From Sphyrna mokarran (taxonomy: Eukaryota): a stretch of DNA of 64,000 nt. The translations under genes and the position numbers were made by a program. The stretch spans positions 3,844,001-3,908,000 of the forward strand of contig JAGIQG010000040.1 in assembly GCA_024679065.1 (NCBI GenBank), read 5' to 3'. Position 1 is the first letter of the stretch. The number at the start of each line of letters is the position of its first letter. The notes under the pieces were generated by a model. The model saw only the letters and a program-made list of their open reading frames with translations. It was not told where the DNA came from and ran no database searches. Positions 63,927 to 64,000 of the stretch are shown piece by piece.

Positions 63927-64000
63927 TGCACTTACAGAGCGCAAATAAAACATAATTCATTTGTTTGTACCCAAAGCAGCTCAGAAATCTCCGATAAAAA

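Overview
Elasmobranch (shark) genomic DNA, judged from the repeat content and T-cell receptor sequences. It holds the 3' part of a TCR delta locus on the + strand: one D segment with 12/23 RSSs (7819-7833), eight J segments with 12-RSSs (five open, three defective, 8.1-17.5 kb) and a four-exon C-delta gene (24.7-29.4 kb+). No J-alpha segments were seen downstream of C-delta. Instead there is an intron-containing EMC4 pseudogene (47.9-51.0 kb) and a cluster of V genes in both orientations (51-61 kb). The cluster has two apparently intact TCR alpha/delta V genes, one V pseudogene, and a decayed NAR-TCR cassette on the minus strand: leader, IgNAR-like V with a 12-RSS, IgH-like J with a 23-RSS, and a leaderless supporting V-delta. 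A second supporting-V pseudogene faces it tail to tail, and both supporting Vs are followed by ~61-bp tandem arrays of 23-RSSs. The rest is CR1 LINEs (including a very young, often nested family), SINEs, Penelope, Rex/Babar and hAT relics, microsatellites, and a tRNA-Pro pseudogene with an intron-like insert. All calls were made by eye; no searches were run, and family comparisons are from memory.
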